From positions 64,001-128,000 of the forward strand of contig CAWDYC010000008.1 of assembly GCA_963806535.1 (NCBI GenBank): a DNA stretch of 64,000 nt, in the 5' to 3' direction. The DNA is from Candidatus Bathyarchaeota archaeon. GTDB lineage: Archaea > Thermoproteota > Bathyarchaeia > Bathyarchaeales > Bathycorpusculaceae. The translations under genes were made by a program, and so were the position numbers. The stretch's first letter is position 1. Each line of letters opens with the position of its first letter. The notes beneath the pieces were generated by a model. It made no database searches. It saw nothing but the letters and a program-made list of their open reading frames with translations, and had not been told where the DNA came from. Shown here one piece after another: positions 45,274-57,418 of this stretch.

Positions 45274-45870
45274 CTATTTTTGTTGGTACTTCTCCATGTA
45301 ATCTGCAAACCGCTTAACGGTCTTCTTTAAGCTTCTGAAACCTTCTTCATCAGACTTGACGCCGTCAAGAGTGTCTTTACTCCAAAACGTTACACCCAAA
45401 TTCGCTCCGAAGAATCCTCCCCCAACAGGAATCATTCCGTTAATAATATAAAATGTGTGAATCTGCATTAAGGCGAATTCTTGACCACCATTCCTGTCTC
45501 CTCCAACAACGATGCCCATGCCAACTTTGCCCTTAAACACATTTTTATCAGCTGCAACCAATGCGCGTGTTCTATCCATCACCGTCTTAATTTGGGCACT
45601 TACGCCTCCATTGTAAACTGGTGATGCAAAAATGATTCCTTTTGCCTCAGTGAGTAATGCGTAAAGTTCTTGCATATCATCTTGGACAACGCATTCCTTG
45701 TTTTTGAGGCAGTAATCACAATGCGCACAAAAATCAATCCAATTTCCCTTTACAGTCCAAAATTTGGTTTCGAACCCTTTTTCGCTAAGCATTCGAAGGG
45801 CTTCTTTTAGGACATATTCAGTGGCTTGATCTCTTGGGCTGCCGCAAACTCCGATAATCATAAGCTTCAC
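45274..45870 (-). CDS. Iron-sulfur flavoprotein (Isf/WrbA-like)
   Basis: GVCGSPR, CAHCDYC....ECVVQDDM, FASPVY, GGDRNGGQE. Confidence 0.88.
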   Translation of the reverse strand: MKLMIIGVCGSPRDQATEYVLKEALRMLSEKGFETKFWTVKGNWIDFCAHCDYCLKNKECVVQDDMQELYALLTEAKGIIFASPVYNGGVSAQIKTVMDRTRALVAADKNVFKGKVGMGIVVGGDRNGGQEFALMQIHTFYIINGMIPVGGGFFGANLGVTFWSKDTLDGVKSDEEGFRSLKKTVKRFADYMEKYQQK

Positions 45871-46018
45871 TATTAACGTTAATTATAGATTTGCATTAAA
45901 ATCTTGCTACCAGAAATTATTCGGTAAAAAAGCAGGCTTCAAATGAACAAAAACTCCTTAAAAATATAGGGTTTTTCACATGATAAAAAAAGTGGAAGCT
46001 GAATAAAGTTTTGCTTCA

Positions 46019-46207
46019 CTACATTTTCTTTTTTACTTTTTCAGCTACCTTTTTGGTATCTTCAGCTGCTTTTGTCCCGGCTTTTTTAGCAACGGCAGCA
46101 ACCTTCTTTGATTCCTCAGCAACCTTTGACCCGGCTTTCTTGGCGTCGATTACAGCTTTTTTAGCTTCTTCTTCCGCCACGGTCTTAGCATTCTTTAAAT
46201 TGGGCAT
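46019..46207 (-). CDS. Small Lys/Ala-rich repetitive protein
   Basis: 62 aa; AKKAGSKVAEESKKVAAV / AKKAGTKAAEDTKKVAEK repeat; TATTTAAA box upstream. Confidence 0.65.
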   Translation of the reverse strand: MPNLKNAKTVAEEEAKKAVIDAKKAGSKVAEESKKVAAVAKKAGTKAAEDTKKVAEKVKKKM

Positions 46208-46360
46208 ATTGACGCTTGCTCCGCTAAAGTTTTTGATCTTTGATGTTTAAATAGTCTATGCTTTTGTCTTTTAACACAAAAACGAAAAGAAGAAAAACTC
46301 AAAAACAAAGAAATCAAGTTAAACAAAAAAATAAAGAAATAAGAAAATTTTGAGGTGATT

Positions 46361-48578
46361 TTATTCTTTCTCGAAGTATTCTTCTGCTTTTGGCGGTACT
46401 GGCGGTAATCCTCTGCGTTCGCGTATCTTTTTGATGGTTTCTGCTTGCATTTGTTCTGGAACTGGTGCCCATCGGCTGAATTGTGTTGCCCAGAAGGCTC
46501 TGCCTGAAGTTGAACCTCGTAGTTCATCAGCGATGCCGAAGCTTTCGGAGACTGGCATTTCAGCTTTTACGGTAATCATGTCTTCTTCTGATGGCATGTC
46601 AAGGATTTTTCCTCGTCGTCTTGTTTAGCATTGTGATTACTGCGCTGACGAATTCGCTTGGAACTTTGCATTCGAAACTCATGAGTGGTTCAAGCAGTTT
46701 TGGATCGCTCAGTAGTATACAGCAGTATATTGGTCTCCAAGTCATTGGGATAGCTTGTGCTGGTCCCCTGTGGACTGGGTCTTCATGGAGGGTTATGTCT
46801 TCAAGGTTGATTTTTAAGCCGTAAGCTGGTTCTTTAGCTAATGGCGATGTATGGACTGCTTCTCGGAATCCACCTTTAATGTGGTCTAAGATTTCCTCAA
46901 CATATTGTCTTCCACGAATACGGTTGACAAGAATGCAGTTTTCCTCCACAGCTACTGCGCCTTTAGCTTCATCCGCTTCCCATCCTAAAGCCCTCAAAGT
47001 TTTCGTTCGTTCATCTCTACTCTGCATATCATTGACTTTGTCTGATTTTATTGCTTCAATGACTTCATCGGACAGCTTCTCAATAGTTATCCAAAGTTTG
47101 TTATGTTTGTTGGGGCTTTTACCCATGATTGCTGGACCACGGTAATCGTGACTTATAGTTTCTCTGTAGATGACGATTGGTTTGCTAAGTTTTACTTTTA
47201 AGCCTGCTTCCTGCATTCGGTAAGCTGTAATTTCAAGGTGTAGCTCGCCCATTCCTGAGAGAAGGAATTCGCCGCTTTCTTTGTTCATAACAAAGTGAAG
47301 GTTAGGGTCCTCTGTTGTTAGTTTATGCATTACTTTGTCGAATAAGGGCAGGTCTTTGACGTCTTCAGGCTCTACTGCGACAGTTACGACTGGGTCAGAA
47401 ACATATCTTAAGCCTTCAAACGAATGAACATCTGCACCTTCTTCTGCGACAGTTTCGCCGACGTGTATGGATGGTAAACCTGAGATTGCTCCAATGTTGC
47501 CCGCTGGAACACGGTCAATTAGAACCCGGTCAGTTGCCATACTCATGAAAACCTGTTGAATAGTGCCTTTCTGGTTACTGCTTAAAAGCTGAACTGTTTT
47601 TCCTCGCTCAACTGAGCCACTGAAAATTCTGCCGATTGCAACTGTTCCACTGTGTGGGTCAACTTCAATAGTGGATATGCACATAAGCAAAGGTGCTTTG
47701 GGGTCAACTTTTGCCATGCCTACACCGGTTGGACTAGTTACATCTCCTGGCCAAATCTGTGGCTGTCTGTAGGGTTGTGCTTCGTATGGGTTAGGCAAGT
47801 GCTTGACAAACATGTCTAGAATCGGTTCTGGTAGAGGCGCTTTTTTGCTGAGTGCATCTACTTTTCTTCCAACGTCTATAGGGTCACCTGTGTATGCGTC
47901 GATGATGTCTTGGAAAGTGACTTTCTTCATTTTCATGTGATCAAGATTTAAGCCCCATTTGTGAAGCGCGGAGCCAAAGGCAACACGGCTATCTTCAATT
48001 TTGACTTGCCAATCTTGTTTATGTTCAGCAGGTGCATACCTCTCAATTAAATTGTTTACTCTCATCAGAATCTTTGCAAATTTCTTTTGAATTTCTGCTG
48101 GAGTTAATTTGATTTCTTTTATGAGTCGGTCAACTTTATTGATGAACAAGATTGGTTTTACCCGTTCTCGAAGGGCTTGCATAAGAACAGTTTCTGTCTG
48201 AGTCATAGGTCCTTCAACAGCATCAACAACCACGAGTGCGCCATCAACGGCACGAAGGCTTCTGGTTACTGCACCTGAAAAGTCGATGTGACCAGGTGTA
48301 TCAATGAGGTTGATCAGGTAATCTTTTTCTTGATAAGTGTGAACTAAGCTCACGTTTGAAGCGAAAACAGTCATTTGACGCTTTTGCTCAAGATCCCATG
48401 AGTCCAAAAACAGTTTTTGCCCAGCGGTTTGAGTGCTGATGATTCCTGCTGCAGCAAGTAAACTGTCGGCCAAGGTGGTTTTTCCATGGTCAACATGCGC
48501 GATAATACTGGTATTTCTGATGAATGTTGGAGTTTCCATCAGTTTGACTATTTCGTCAGTCTGCCTATAACGAGCCAT
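46361..48578 (-). CDS. fusA: Archaeal elongation factor 2 (possibly a paralog), frameshift near 46610
   Basis: AHVDHGKTT, DTPGH, NKVD, KSPNKHN, HEDPVHRGPAQ, C-terminal LRGSTSGRAFW. Confidence 0.92.
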
Positions 48579-49155
48579 CTAAACATTCTCCATTTTAATG
48601 ATATTTATTATTTGAAACTACATGGAAAGTGAAATTGTGTCCTATTAACTTTATGGCATCCTTTTTTTCAAACACTTGGGAAAATCACTAGTGGTGAAAC
48701 CAACAACAAACTCCATTATTTTGAATAGATTCTGCAATTTGACTTATTTTGCTTCTATAGTAGTCAAGAACACGGTTGATCCACTTTTGCAGATAAGTTA
48801 AGTGAAGTTCACAAAAAAGGATAAATGGACTTATTTTTCTTCTATTCTACAAAATTATTAAGTTGAAAGAGGAAAAAGATTCAAATGTGTGATAAAGCTA
48901 TTGCCCGCTTTAAAACTATTAAATCGACATTAAATTTACCTTTAAGTCCGATTAGTTTAAATGTAGTAAGCAACAATAAATCCAAAAATAATAACGCCAT
49001 CAATGTATTTAGGTTTAAAACGAGGGTATGAATGTACTTTAAATTAGTCTTGGTTCAACTTTGTATCTTCCCATCAAATATTTCTCCATGTAATGATGCT
49101 CACTTTGCGGGGTTGTAAATAACTAAGTCAATCTTGAGGTTTTGGCGGAGTATAT

Positions 49156-51925
49156 TTGGAAAAAGCTGTTTCTTTGCCCATTAACGAGGTTTTCGACGAC
49201 CTAAAAACAACACCTGACGGATTAACAAGTGAAGAGGCTAAACTCCGCATAAAGAAATACGGTTACAACAAGCTTTCAGAAAAAAGACAAATCCCCTTTA
49301 TTCACAAATTCATAAGGCATCTGAGAGACTTATTCGGCATCCTACTACTTGTCGCAGCAGTTTTATCATACATCAGTGGCAGTCCCGAACTTGCCTTAAT
49401 CATACTCGCAGTTGTTTTCGTAAACATCTTCGTTAGTCTATTCCAAGAGTCACGTGCAGAAAAAGCTATGGAGACCCTGAAAAGCTGGATGCCTGAGTTT
49501 GCAAAAGTGATGCGTGATGGAGAACTTAAAAAAATCTCTGTCAGCGAAATTGTTCCAGGCGACATCGTAGCACTTGAAGAAGGCGACCGAGTACCAGCAG
49601 ATGCCCGCCTGATCGAAGCTTTTGATTTATGGACAAACAACGTTCCATTAACTGGAGAATCCGAACCTCAACCCCGTGTTGCTGAAGCAGTGAAGACAGT
49701 TGAAAAAGCGTATTTGTATTCACCCAACCTTGTTTTTATGAGTACAAGCGTCGCCAAAGGACAGGGTAAAGCAGTTGTTTACTCAACAGGTATGAATACG
49801 CAGTTTGGAAAAATCGCTAATTTAACTCAAACAATCCAGGAAGAAGACAGCCCTCTTCAAAAAGAAATCGCTTTAACAGCTAAATACGATTTTATGATCG
49901 CTGTAGCAGTAGGCGTAGTCTTCTTTGCTTCAAGTTTTCTTTTCCTGCATGCCTCTCTTTCTACAAGCATATTCTTCATGATTGGTGTTATGGTTGCTTG
50001 CGTGCCTGAAGGGTTGCAGGTAACTGTTTCCAGCGCTTTAGCCATCAACGTTTTGAAAATGGTTAAAGAGAACGTTTTGGTAAAACGGTTGTCAGCAGTA
50101 CAGACTTTAGGCAGCGTTACTGTCATTTGCACCGATAAAACGGGCACAATAACAAAGGGAGAAATGACTGTAAACAAGCTGTGGGTTTATGATTATGTTG
50201 TGGATGTTTCAGGTCTAGGCTATAAACCTGAAGGCGACTTCACCGTAAACGGTCAACCATTAAACAAAGAACAAAATGGTTGTCTTGAAAAGCTTATTGA
50301 GATTGCTGCCCTTTGTAACGGAGCAAAACTTGATCCTCCTTCAGATAGAAACAAAAACTGGAGCGTAATAGGTGACCCAACAGACGGCGCTTTACTTGTT
50401 GCCGCTTTAAAGTCAACAGTGAATATACAGGATGCTTTGGCTCAAAAACAAATGATCCATATTATACCATTCAGTTTTGAACGCAAAACCATGACCACTG
50501 TTCACAGTTTGAATGGCGATGTTTTAATTTATACTAAGGGTGCACCGAGAAACATTTTAGATTTATGCAAAAAAGTGCTTATTGACGACAAAGTTGTAGA
50601 GTTAGATACTGAAAGAATGGCTTGGATAGAAGAAAGAATTCATGAGTTTGCCAACGAAGGCTTGCGCGTTATAGCAGTTGCTTATCAGGAAAATGCCAAA
50701 AGCTGAATTCGAAAAAGGAGCCGAAGTGGAATCTGACCTCATTTTTGTCGGTTTAGCTGCCATGCGTGATCCGCCAAGAATGGAAGTTAAAGACGCCGTT
50801 TTAAAGGCAAAGCAAGCGGGAGTAAAAACCGTTATAATTACAGGGGATTATGGCCCAACAGCACAGGCTATTGCACAAGAAGTTGCGATTGTCGACCGGG
50901 ATTGCTGCCAAGTCGTTCGCGGTGTCGACTTAGACGATTTAAGCGATGAAGCTGTAGTTAATGAAGTTCGACAGGGAAACGTGATTTTTGCTCGTGTTGC
51001 ACCAGAACAGAAACTCCGCATAGTCAAAGCTCTTAAGAAAAGTGGAGAAATAGTGGCAGTAACTGGTGACGGCGCAAATGATGCTCCTTCGCTTAAAGAA
51101 GCAGATATTGGCGTAGCCATGGGTTTTTCAGGAACCGACGTTGCCCGTGAAGCGGCAGACATCGTTTTGCTGGATGACAGTTTTGCATCTATCGTTAAAG
51201 CAATTGAGTCAGGAAGAGCAATCTATGAGAACATTCGCAAGTTTATTGTCTACGTGTTTTCGCATAACTGGGCTGAATTAATTCCGTTCATACTTTACGC
51301 CGTTCTAGGAATTCCTTTGCCGCTTCTTGTAACGCAAGTTTTAGCAATTGACCTTGTCATAGATGTCATTCCATCGTTAGCTTTAAGCCGTGAACCTCCT
51401 GAAGCAGGAATCATGCAGGAACCTCCAAGAAGCATCAAAGAAAGACTGTTTACGCGCAAGGTTCTGATTCGGTCAGTATTCATTGGAGTTATCATTGCCG
51501 CAGGGGCCATGTACGGATGTTTGAGCACTTGGGCTGCAGGAGGATGGCACTTTGGATTATCGTTGGCCACCAATAGCCAACTTTACGCTAAAGGTGTAAC
51601 TATGACTTTCGCAGGCATCGTAGTGGCGCAAGCAGGCAACGTCTTGGCATGTAGAACCAGCAAACAATCAATCTTCAAAACAAGCCTAAAAACTAACAAA
51701 TGGATAATCTTTGGCATCGCCTCACAAATCGGAATCTTGGCATTAATTGTTTATGTTCCAATAATGCAGCATGTATTCACAACTGCGCCTCTCAACCTAA
51801 GTGACTGGGGATTCCTGATTTCATTGGCTTTGGTCGTGGTTTTCGCAGAGGAAATTCGCAAGTTCTTTAGCAGAAAATTCAGCAAAACAGGTTCAGAAGC
51901 ACTAAAGATACACGATCACACTTAA
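49156..51925 (+). CDS. Cation-transporting P-type ATPase (type II), frameshifted
   Basis: LTGES, VPEGL, DKTGTIT, KGAP, DPPR, TGDGANDAP. Confidence 0.9.
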
Positions 51926-52063
51926 GCTCTCTTCATTAATGGTGTTTGCTAACTATTTCTATTATTTTTCTTCCAGCGATAGAAACAAAACAAATGCCAA
52001 GAGCTAAATACAAACAATTGTACATTTTTACTGCAAAGTTAACTGGTATAGGAGAAAAAGTGC

Positions 52064-53339
52064 ATGCCTAATTTCCAGACTGTTCGTGGAATGAGAGATT
52101 TACTTGGCGAAGAAGCCCAAACATTCACAAACATTATTGCTAAAGCCCGTGAAACCGCGGCACTTTACGGTTACAAAGAAGTCATAACGCCAGTTGTTGA
52201 GCCACTTGAGCTTTTGAGTGCTAAATCAGGTGAAGAAATTCGACAACGAATGTTTATTTTCAAAGACCTCGGCGAACGGCAGGTTGCTTTGCGTCCAGAA
52301 TTTACTGCATCAATCGCACGGTTAGCAACTACAGCTCTAAAAAACGAGCCTAAACCACTTAGACTGTTCTCGGTGGGTAGCGTTTACCGATACGACGAAC
52401 CCCAAAAGGGACGTTATAGAGAGTTTTGGCAGTCAAATTTTGAATTAATGGGTTCAGCTAGGCCAGAGGCGGATGCAGAAATCGTTTTGCTGACAAATAG
52501 TTTGATGAAAGGGTTGGGTTTGCAAGGTTACGCTTTCAAAATCGGGCATATAGGCGTGATACGGGGTATTCTTAGCCAAGAAGGTGTGGATGAAAAAACT
52601 CAAAACGCGATTTTGCAGCGAATGGACAAGAAGGAATATGATGAAGCGTTTAAGTTGGTCCGTACCGAGAAGTGCAGAGTAATGCTTGAAGGGTTACTTA
52701 AACTGAAAAGCGATGATTGTTTTGAAACCGTAGAAAAAATCAAAACCTATGTTGCAAATAATGAAAAGGCTAAGGCTGCCGCGGAAAACCTATACGAAAT
52801 CTTAAAGCTCATTGTAGAAAGCGGGTGTCCAGTGCAGTTTGTGGAGCCTGCGTTCGCTCGCGGCTTAGAATATTACACAGGAATGATTTTTGAAATTTAC
52901 ATCCCACAGCTAGACATTGCTCTTGGCGGTGGAGGCAGATACGATAGGTTAATTGAATTATTCGGTGGCGAACCAACCCCCGCCGTAGGCGTTGCTCATG
53001 GAATTGACAGGGTTGCACTTGCTTTGCAAACCCAGAAGGCAACAATTGCAAGGTACGGTTGGGAAACGTGTTCTTGTTTTAGCAGTGAATGATGCATTGA
53101 AAGTTGAAGCATTAAAAATTGCGCAAATGCTCCGTGGCTTGGGGGTGGTTGTTGAGTTTGAAGTTATGGGCCGCAAAATGGGCAAGGCGCTGGAGGATGC
53201 TGATAAACGGCAAGCTGATTACGCAGTAATTGTTGGCGAACGAGAATTAAAAGAGGGCGCAGTAATGCTTAGGAATTTGGCCAAACGTGAACAAACAACT
53301 GTTCCGATTAAAGAGCTGGCTAAAAAAATCAAGGATTAA
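52064..53339 (+). CDS. hisS: Histidine--tRNA ligase, frameshifted
   Basis: VRGMRD, LRPEFT, YRYDEPQKGRYREFWQ, RGLEYYTG, GGGRYD. Confidence 0.95.
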
Positions 53340-53365
53340 AAAAACAAGAGAAAAGCGGTTAGCTA

Positions 53366-53671
53366 TTATTTCAATTCTACAACCAACAGATCAATCACGC
53401 TGTCACCAATATTAGTGGCTTCGTGATTCTGGGCATCTAAGAAAACCGCAGACCCTTCCTTCAAATCAAGGTCTTGACTTTTGCCTTCAGATGTCAATTT
53501 TAGTTTTCCACCTTTCAGCACGTAAGCCATGTGTTGCGGGTGATGATGCATTTTCGCTGTTGCACCTGGTTCGAAAGTTACTTTGAGCACACGCATTCGA
53601 TTGTTTTCATTAATAAATGTGTAAACGTTTTTGGCCGATACCAATGGATCTAACTGGTTCATTTCCATCAA
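53366..53671 (-). CDS. Cupin domain protein
   Basis: ENNRMRVL..TFEPG....MHHHP, HEATNIG, VVELK. Confidence 0.85.
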   Translation of the reverse strand: MMEMNQLDPLVSAKNVYTFINENNRMRVLKVTFEPGATAKMHHHPQHMAYVLKGGKLKLTSEGKSQDLDLKEGSAVFLDAQNHEATNIGDSVIDLLVVELK

Positions 53672-53782
53672 ATATAATCACCTCTAATCACAATTACTCG
53701 CTCCCTAAAAATAAGAAATTGTGACTACAAAATGAACACACAAAAAAATGAAAAACAAAGAAAAGAAATAAGTTTTTTTGGC

Positions 53783-55174
53783 TTAGAGCCGTTTGATGTA
53801 GCGGTTGACTTCCCACTCGGTGACTTGTGTACGGTAGAGGTCCCATTCTCTGCGTTTTTCAATTAGGAAGTTTGTGAATGCGGTTTCGCCGAGGGTTTCA
53901 CGCATTAAATCGCTGGTTTCCAATTCGTCAAGTGCTTCTTTTAGTGATTCTGGCAGTGAAACGATGTTTCGTTCTTTGCGTTCTTCATAGGTCATGTGGT
54001 AAACGTTTAGTTCAACTGGGTCGCCTGGGTCAATCTTGTTTTTGATGCCGTCTAAGCCAGTTGCTAAGAGCACTGCGAATTGGAGGTATGGGTTTCCGGC
54101 GCCGTCTGGGCATCGAATTTCGCATCTTGCAGCGTTTTTTCTTCCGCCAAAGTTTGGCACTCGAATAAGAGGTGAACGGTTTTTGTGTGCCCAAGCAAGA
54201 TAGACTGGAGCTTCGTAGCCTGGGACTAGTCGTTTGAAGCTGTTTGGCCATGAATCAAGGATTGCGCACATTTTGCGTCCATGCGCCAGTTGTCCACCGA
54301 TGAAGTTTCGTGCTAAGTCTGAAAGGAAACCGCTTTTCTCGTCGTCTTCGTAGAAGAGATTTTGTGATACGTTTTTGTTCCATAGGCTCATGTGAGTGTG
54401 CATTCCTGAACCGTTTATGCCTGCGAATGGTTTTGGCATGTAAGTTGTGATGTAGCCGTTTCGTGCTCCAACAACTTTTCCGCACATTTTCATTGTAATG
54501 GTTCTGTCGGCTGTTTTCAATGCTTCATCATATTTGAAGTCAATTTCGTTTTGTCCCAAAGCAACTTCGTGATGCGAAATCTCTATTTCTATTCCGAAAG
54601 CTTCAGCTGTATCAGCTATTTCCCTTCTTAGATCGTCTGTTAAGTCGCCTGGGTGGAAATCGAAGTAGCCTGCCATGTCTATTGGTGTTGGCAAGCCTCC
54701 TGTTTCACTTTCTTTCACTATGAAAAATTCTAGTTCCGGAGCACAGATGAATGTGTAGCCTGCTTTTGCAGCTTTTTCTACTTGTCGTTCAAGAACATAG
54801 CGGGGATCGCCTTCAAACCTTCTGTTTTGTGGAGTGTAAATGTCGCAGATTAGTCGGGCGGAGGATTTTTCTTTGGGTCGCCATGGCAAAACTGCGAATG
54901 TGCTTGGGTCTGGATACAGCACCATGTCGGATTCTTCTATGGGTCTGTAGCCTGTGATGGATGAGCCGTCGAAGGATTGGCCGTTTTCAAAAATTGTTTC
55001 AATGTTTTTTGAGCTTACTGCTAAGTTTTTTAAAATACCGTTAATGTCGGTAAATTGAAGTCTGATGAACTTAATTTCTTGTTCCTGTATTTGCTGGATT
55101 ACTTTTGAGACGTTTTCTTTCCATGTTGCGTCTTTGAAATTTTTCATTTTTATATTTTCACCTGTATTTAGCAT
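53783..55174 (-). CDS. glnA: Glutamine synthetase type I (alpha-like, no beta insertion)
   Basis: FDGSSI, EESD, HHEVALGQNEI, MPKPFAGINGSGMH, KRLVPGYEAP, NRSPLIRVP, EIRCPD..GNPYL. Confidence 0.9.
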   Translation of the reverse strand: MLNTGENIKMKNFKDATWKENVSKVIQQIQEQEIKFIRLQFTDINGILKNLAVSSKNIETIFENGQSFDGSSITGYRPIEESDMVLYPDPSTFAVLPWRPKEKSSARLICDIYTPQNRRFEGDPRYVLERQVEKAAKAGYTFICAPELEFFIVKESETGGLPTPIDMAGYFDFHPGDLTDDLRREIADTAEAFGIEIEISHHEVALGQNEIDFKYDEALKTADRTITMKMCGKVVGARNGYITTYMPKPFAGINGSGMHTHMSLWNKNVSQNLFYEDDEKSGFLSDLARNFIGGQLAHGRKMCAILDSWPNSFKRLVPGYEAPVYLAWAHKNRSPLIRVPNFGGRKNAARCEIRCPDGAGNPYLQFAVLLATGLDGIKNKIDPGDPVELNVYHMTYEERKERNIVSLPESLKEALDELETSDLMRETLGETAFTNFLIEKRREWDLYRTQVTEWEVNRYIKRL

Positions 55175-55381
55175 CTGATTAACTGATAGTTAATAGTAGT
55201 CTTTGGGTAAATATATTTAATGATTGGCAGCTTACCAGCAAAACTGATTATTTGTCAAAAAATAAAGTAAAATTTGAAAAAATGTGGATAATTCAGTATC
55301 AGAAGCATTTGAATGTGGGTAATCATTTAAAAGGGAACGCAGACATAAACAGAGAATATTGGGTGAAGAAAAATAACTACA

Positions 55382-55657
55382 TTGAAACTTATTCAAAAAA
55401 TAGCCTTACTCTCTGGAGTAGTTTTCAGCATATTTGCCGGTTTAGCCGCATTGATAACTTGGCAAGCAGATAAACTAGAATACAATCCAATTGTTCCCGC
55501 CAGCTTTATTCAACTGACCATTGTAACGTCGGCGTTGCCGTTCATAGCTTTCGCGGTTGTTTTATTCATAACAACAGGAATTATTTGGCAAGCAACAAAA
55601 ACAAAAGAAGAAAAACTGCCTGAAACACAAACCCTCTTAGAAGAAGCAAAATCTTAA
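55382..55657 (+). CDS. Small two-TM membrane protein
   Basis: Two hydrophobic segments and a charged tail. Confidence 0.5.
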   Translation: MKLIQKIALLSGVVFSIFAGLAALITWQADKLEYNPIVPASFIQLTIVTSALPFIAFAVVLFITTGIIWQATKTKEEKLPETQTLLEEAKS

Positions 55658-56123
55658 CATTATTTTTTCTTTTTACAAAAGACGAAATTTAATGAAAAAC
55701 AAGAATTCTTTTCGCAAGCTATAATAGCTATTTTAGACTTAATTTGCCTGTGGCCGTTAGACCTCTTGTCTAATTTTTCAACCTTTCCTATAAAATAACA
55801 CTAATCAAGGCTTTCTTCATCTAAGGGGTCTTTGTTCTGTCTGCGGTCTCTTTCTGTATCGCACACCGAACGAGGCTTCAGATTACTATTTTTCGACATT
55901 TTACGATCTCCATACTATTCTTAAGGCAATGACGTTTTTAGGCATACCCAGCATATTCTATATACGCTATTGTTGACAAAACGGAAACGTTCAGTGGCAG
56001 TGCTAGTTATTTATCCTTCTCACATTTTAAAATATATTTTCGGGTTGGAAGAAATCGGTTAATGTTAAATACGTTAGAAGCAGAATTGATAATTAATCAA
56101 TAAATGACATAGAAGGAAGCTTT

Positions 56124-56423
56124 TTGTCTGCGGATGATGAACTAAGAAGAAAAGCAAAGCTGAGAGCTGAAGCAAAGCTTGGATTTTATATCCACTTTGG
56201 GGTCTATGTCGGTGTAAACGTTTTGTTGTTTTTTGTTTGGTGGTTTACCCGTGGAGACGCCTCTATTCCTAATGCCTCTTTTCCGTGGTTCATCTTTCCG
56301 TTGGTCGGCTGGGGAATAGGGGTGTTGGCTCATTATTTGGCAGTTTTCGCTCGGACGGGTGTCACAGACAGAATGGTAGAGCAAGAGTACAGAAGACTTA
56401 AAGAAGAACAAGAAAAACATTAA
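56124..56423 (+). CDS. 2TM-domain protein
   Basis: GFYIHFGVYVGVN...PWFIFPLVGWGIGVLAH. Confidence 0.85.
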   Translation: MSADDELRRKAKLRAEAKLGFYIHFGVYVGVNVLLFFVWWFTRGDASIPNASFPWFIFPLVGWGIGVLAHYLAVFARTGVTDRMVEQEYRRLKEEQEKH

Positions 56424-56434
56424 CCCATAGCCAT

Positions 56435-56918
56435 TTATCTTTTCAGTTTTGAAGCGAACTCTTCCGCATGTTTGAGGTCTTCAGCGTTAGGTCTGCCTTT
56501 GTTGATTCCACCGAACCACTTGAGGAATTTATTTGTGTTGAAACCAGCGCAACCAAACTCACCAATGACCGTGTAGCCTTTATGTTGAAGAGTTTCTTTG
56601 AGGGTGGTGTGACATTTGGTTGTGTATGCTTCTATTCGTTTTTGCCCTGAAACACTGATTGGCGTTCCAGAAGTTGAGAAGACGAATGCTTTCTTGTTGA
56701 TGACTTGAGGCAGTCTATCTGCAAAGTCAAGAAGTTCCATGTAGTTTTTACCAGTGTCTATCCCTGACCCGAAGCCTACTAAGTCATACTCTTGAAGCGT
56801 TTCTGGGTCAGTCTGTTGCGGAGTCTTAATCTGCGCATCGAGAACTTTTGCGATAGACTTCTGCTACTTTCTGCGTATTATGATGATGGTAAGAATAAAC
56901 AACTATCAAAGACTTCAA
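56435..56918 (-). CDS. Flavodoxin family protein, frameshifted; paralog of 57419-57868
   Basis: TTG start, KSLIVVYSYHHHNTQKVA...YDLVGFGSGI...GFNT..GGINKGRPN. Confidence 0.82.
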
Positions 56919-56949
56919 TGGAAATTTCAATGTCTCCTATCTTTCCTTA

Positions 56950-57394
56950 TCAATATTGGGGGAAGAGGTGTTTTCCTTTTTCCGTGACTTCGATAGCACC
57001 AACTTGTTTGAAAATACTTACGTTGTCAGTAACATTCCAGTATTCAGAAAGTTTGCCATTCACGATGCGATAGATGTCAACAGCCTTAGATGTTATTTTC
57101 TTTCCAGTAGGCGATAATCCCATAAATTCGACCTTTATGAGTCCCAGTGTAAGTAAGGCGAACCCAAACCTTGTCTCCTTCAGCAATAATGTCTTCAATA
57201 GCTTCATGCCAATCAGGGAAAGCGTTAAGACCCATTTTAAATAATTGTTTTAGACCTTCTCGATCGACATTATTGGAGTGGTCAACATAATCTGGTGCCA
57301 CAAAATCATCTATTAAGTCCAAGTAGTCTAAGTTTCGTTTATTATAGGCTTCAATAAACCCACGAACAATTGCTTTATTCTTTTCCAATGACAT
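56950..57394 (-). CDS. SnoaL-like ester cyclase, frameshifted
   Basis: EKNKAIVR, AFPD....EDIIAEGDKV, GTHKG.F.G..PTGK, DIYRIVNGK..EYW. Confidence 0.85.
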
Positions 57395-57418
57395 TTAGGT
57401 TCACTTCTTTTGTATGAT

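Noticed and set aside
46262-46350. A-rich tract resembling the repeat core (also 53730-53775)
   Set aside because: It lacks the CCTGCA box and the 33-bp geometry, and is best explained as an oligo-T terminator of the minus-strand gene.
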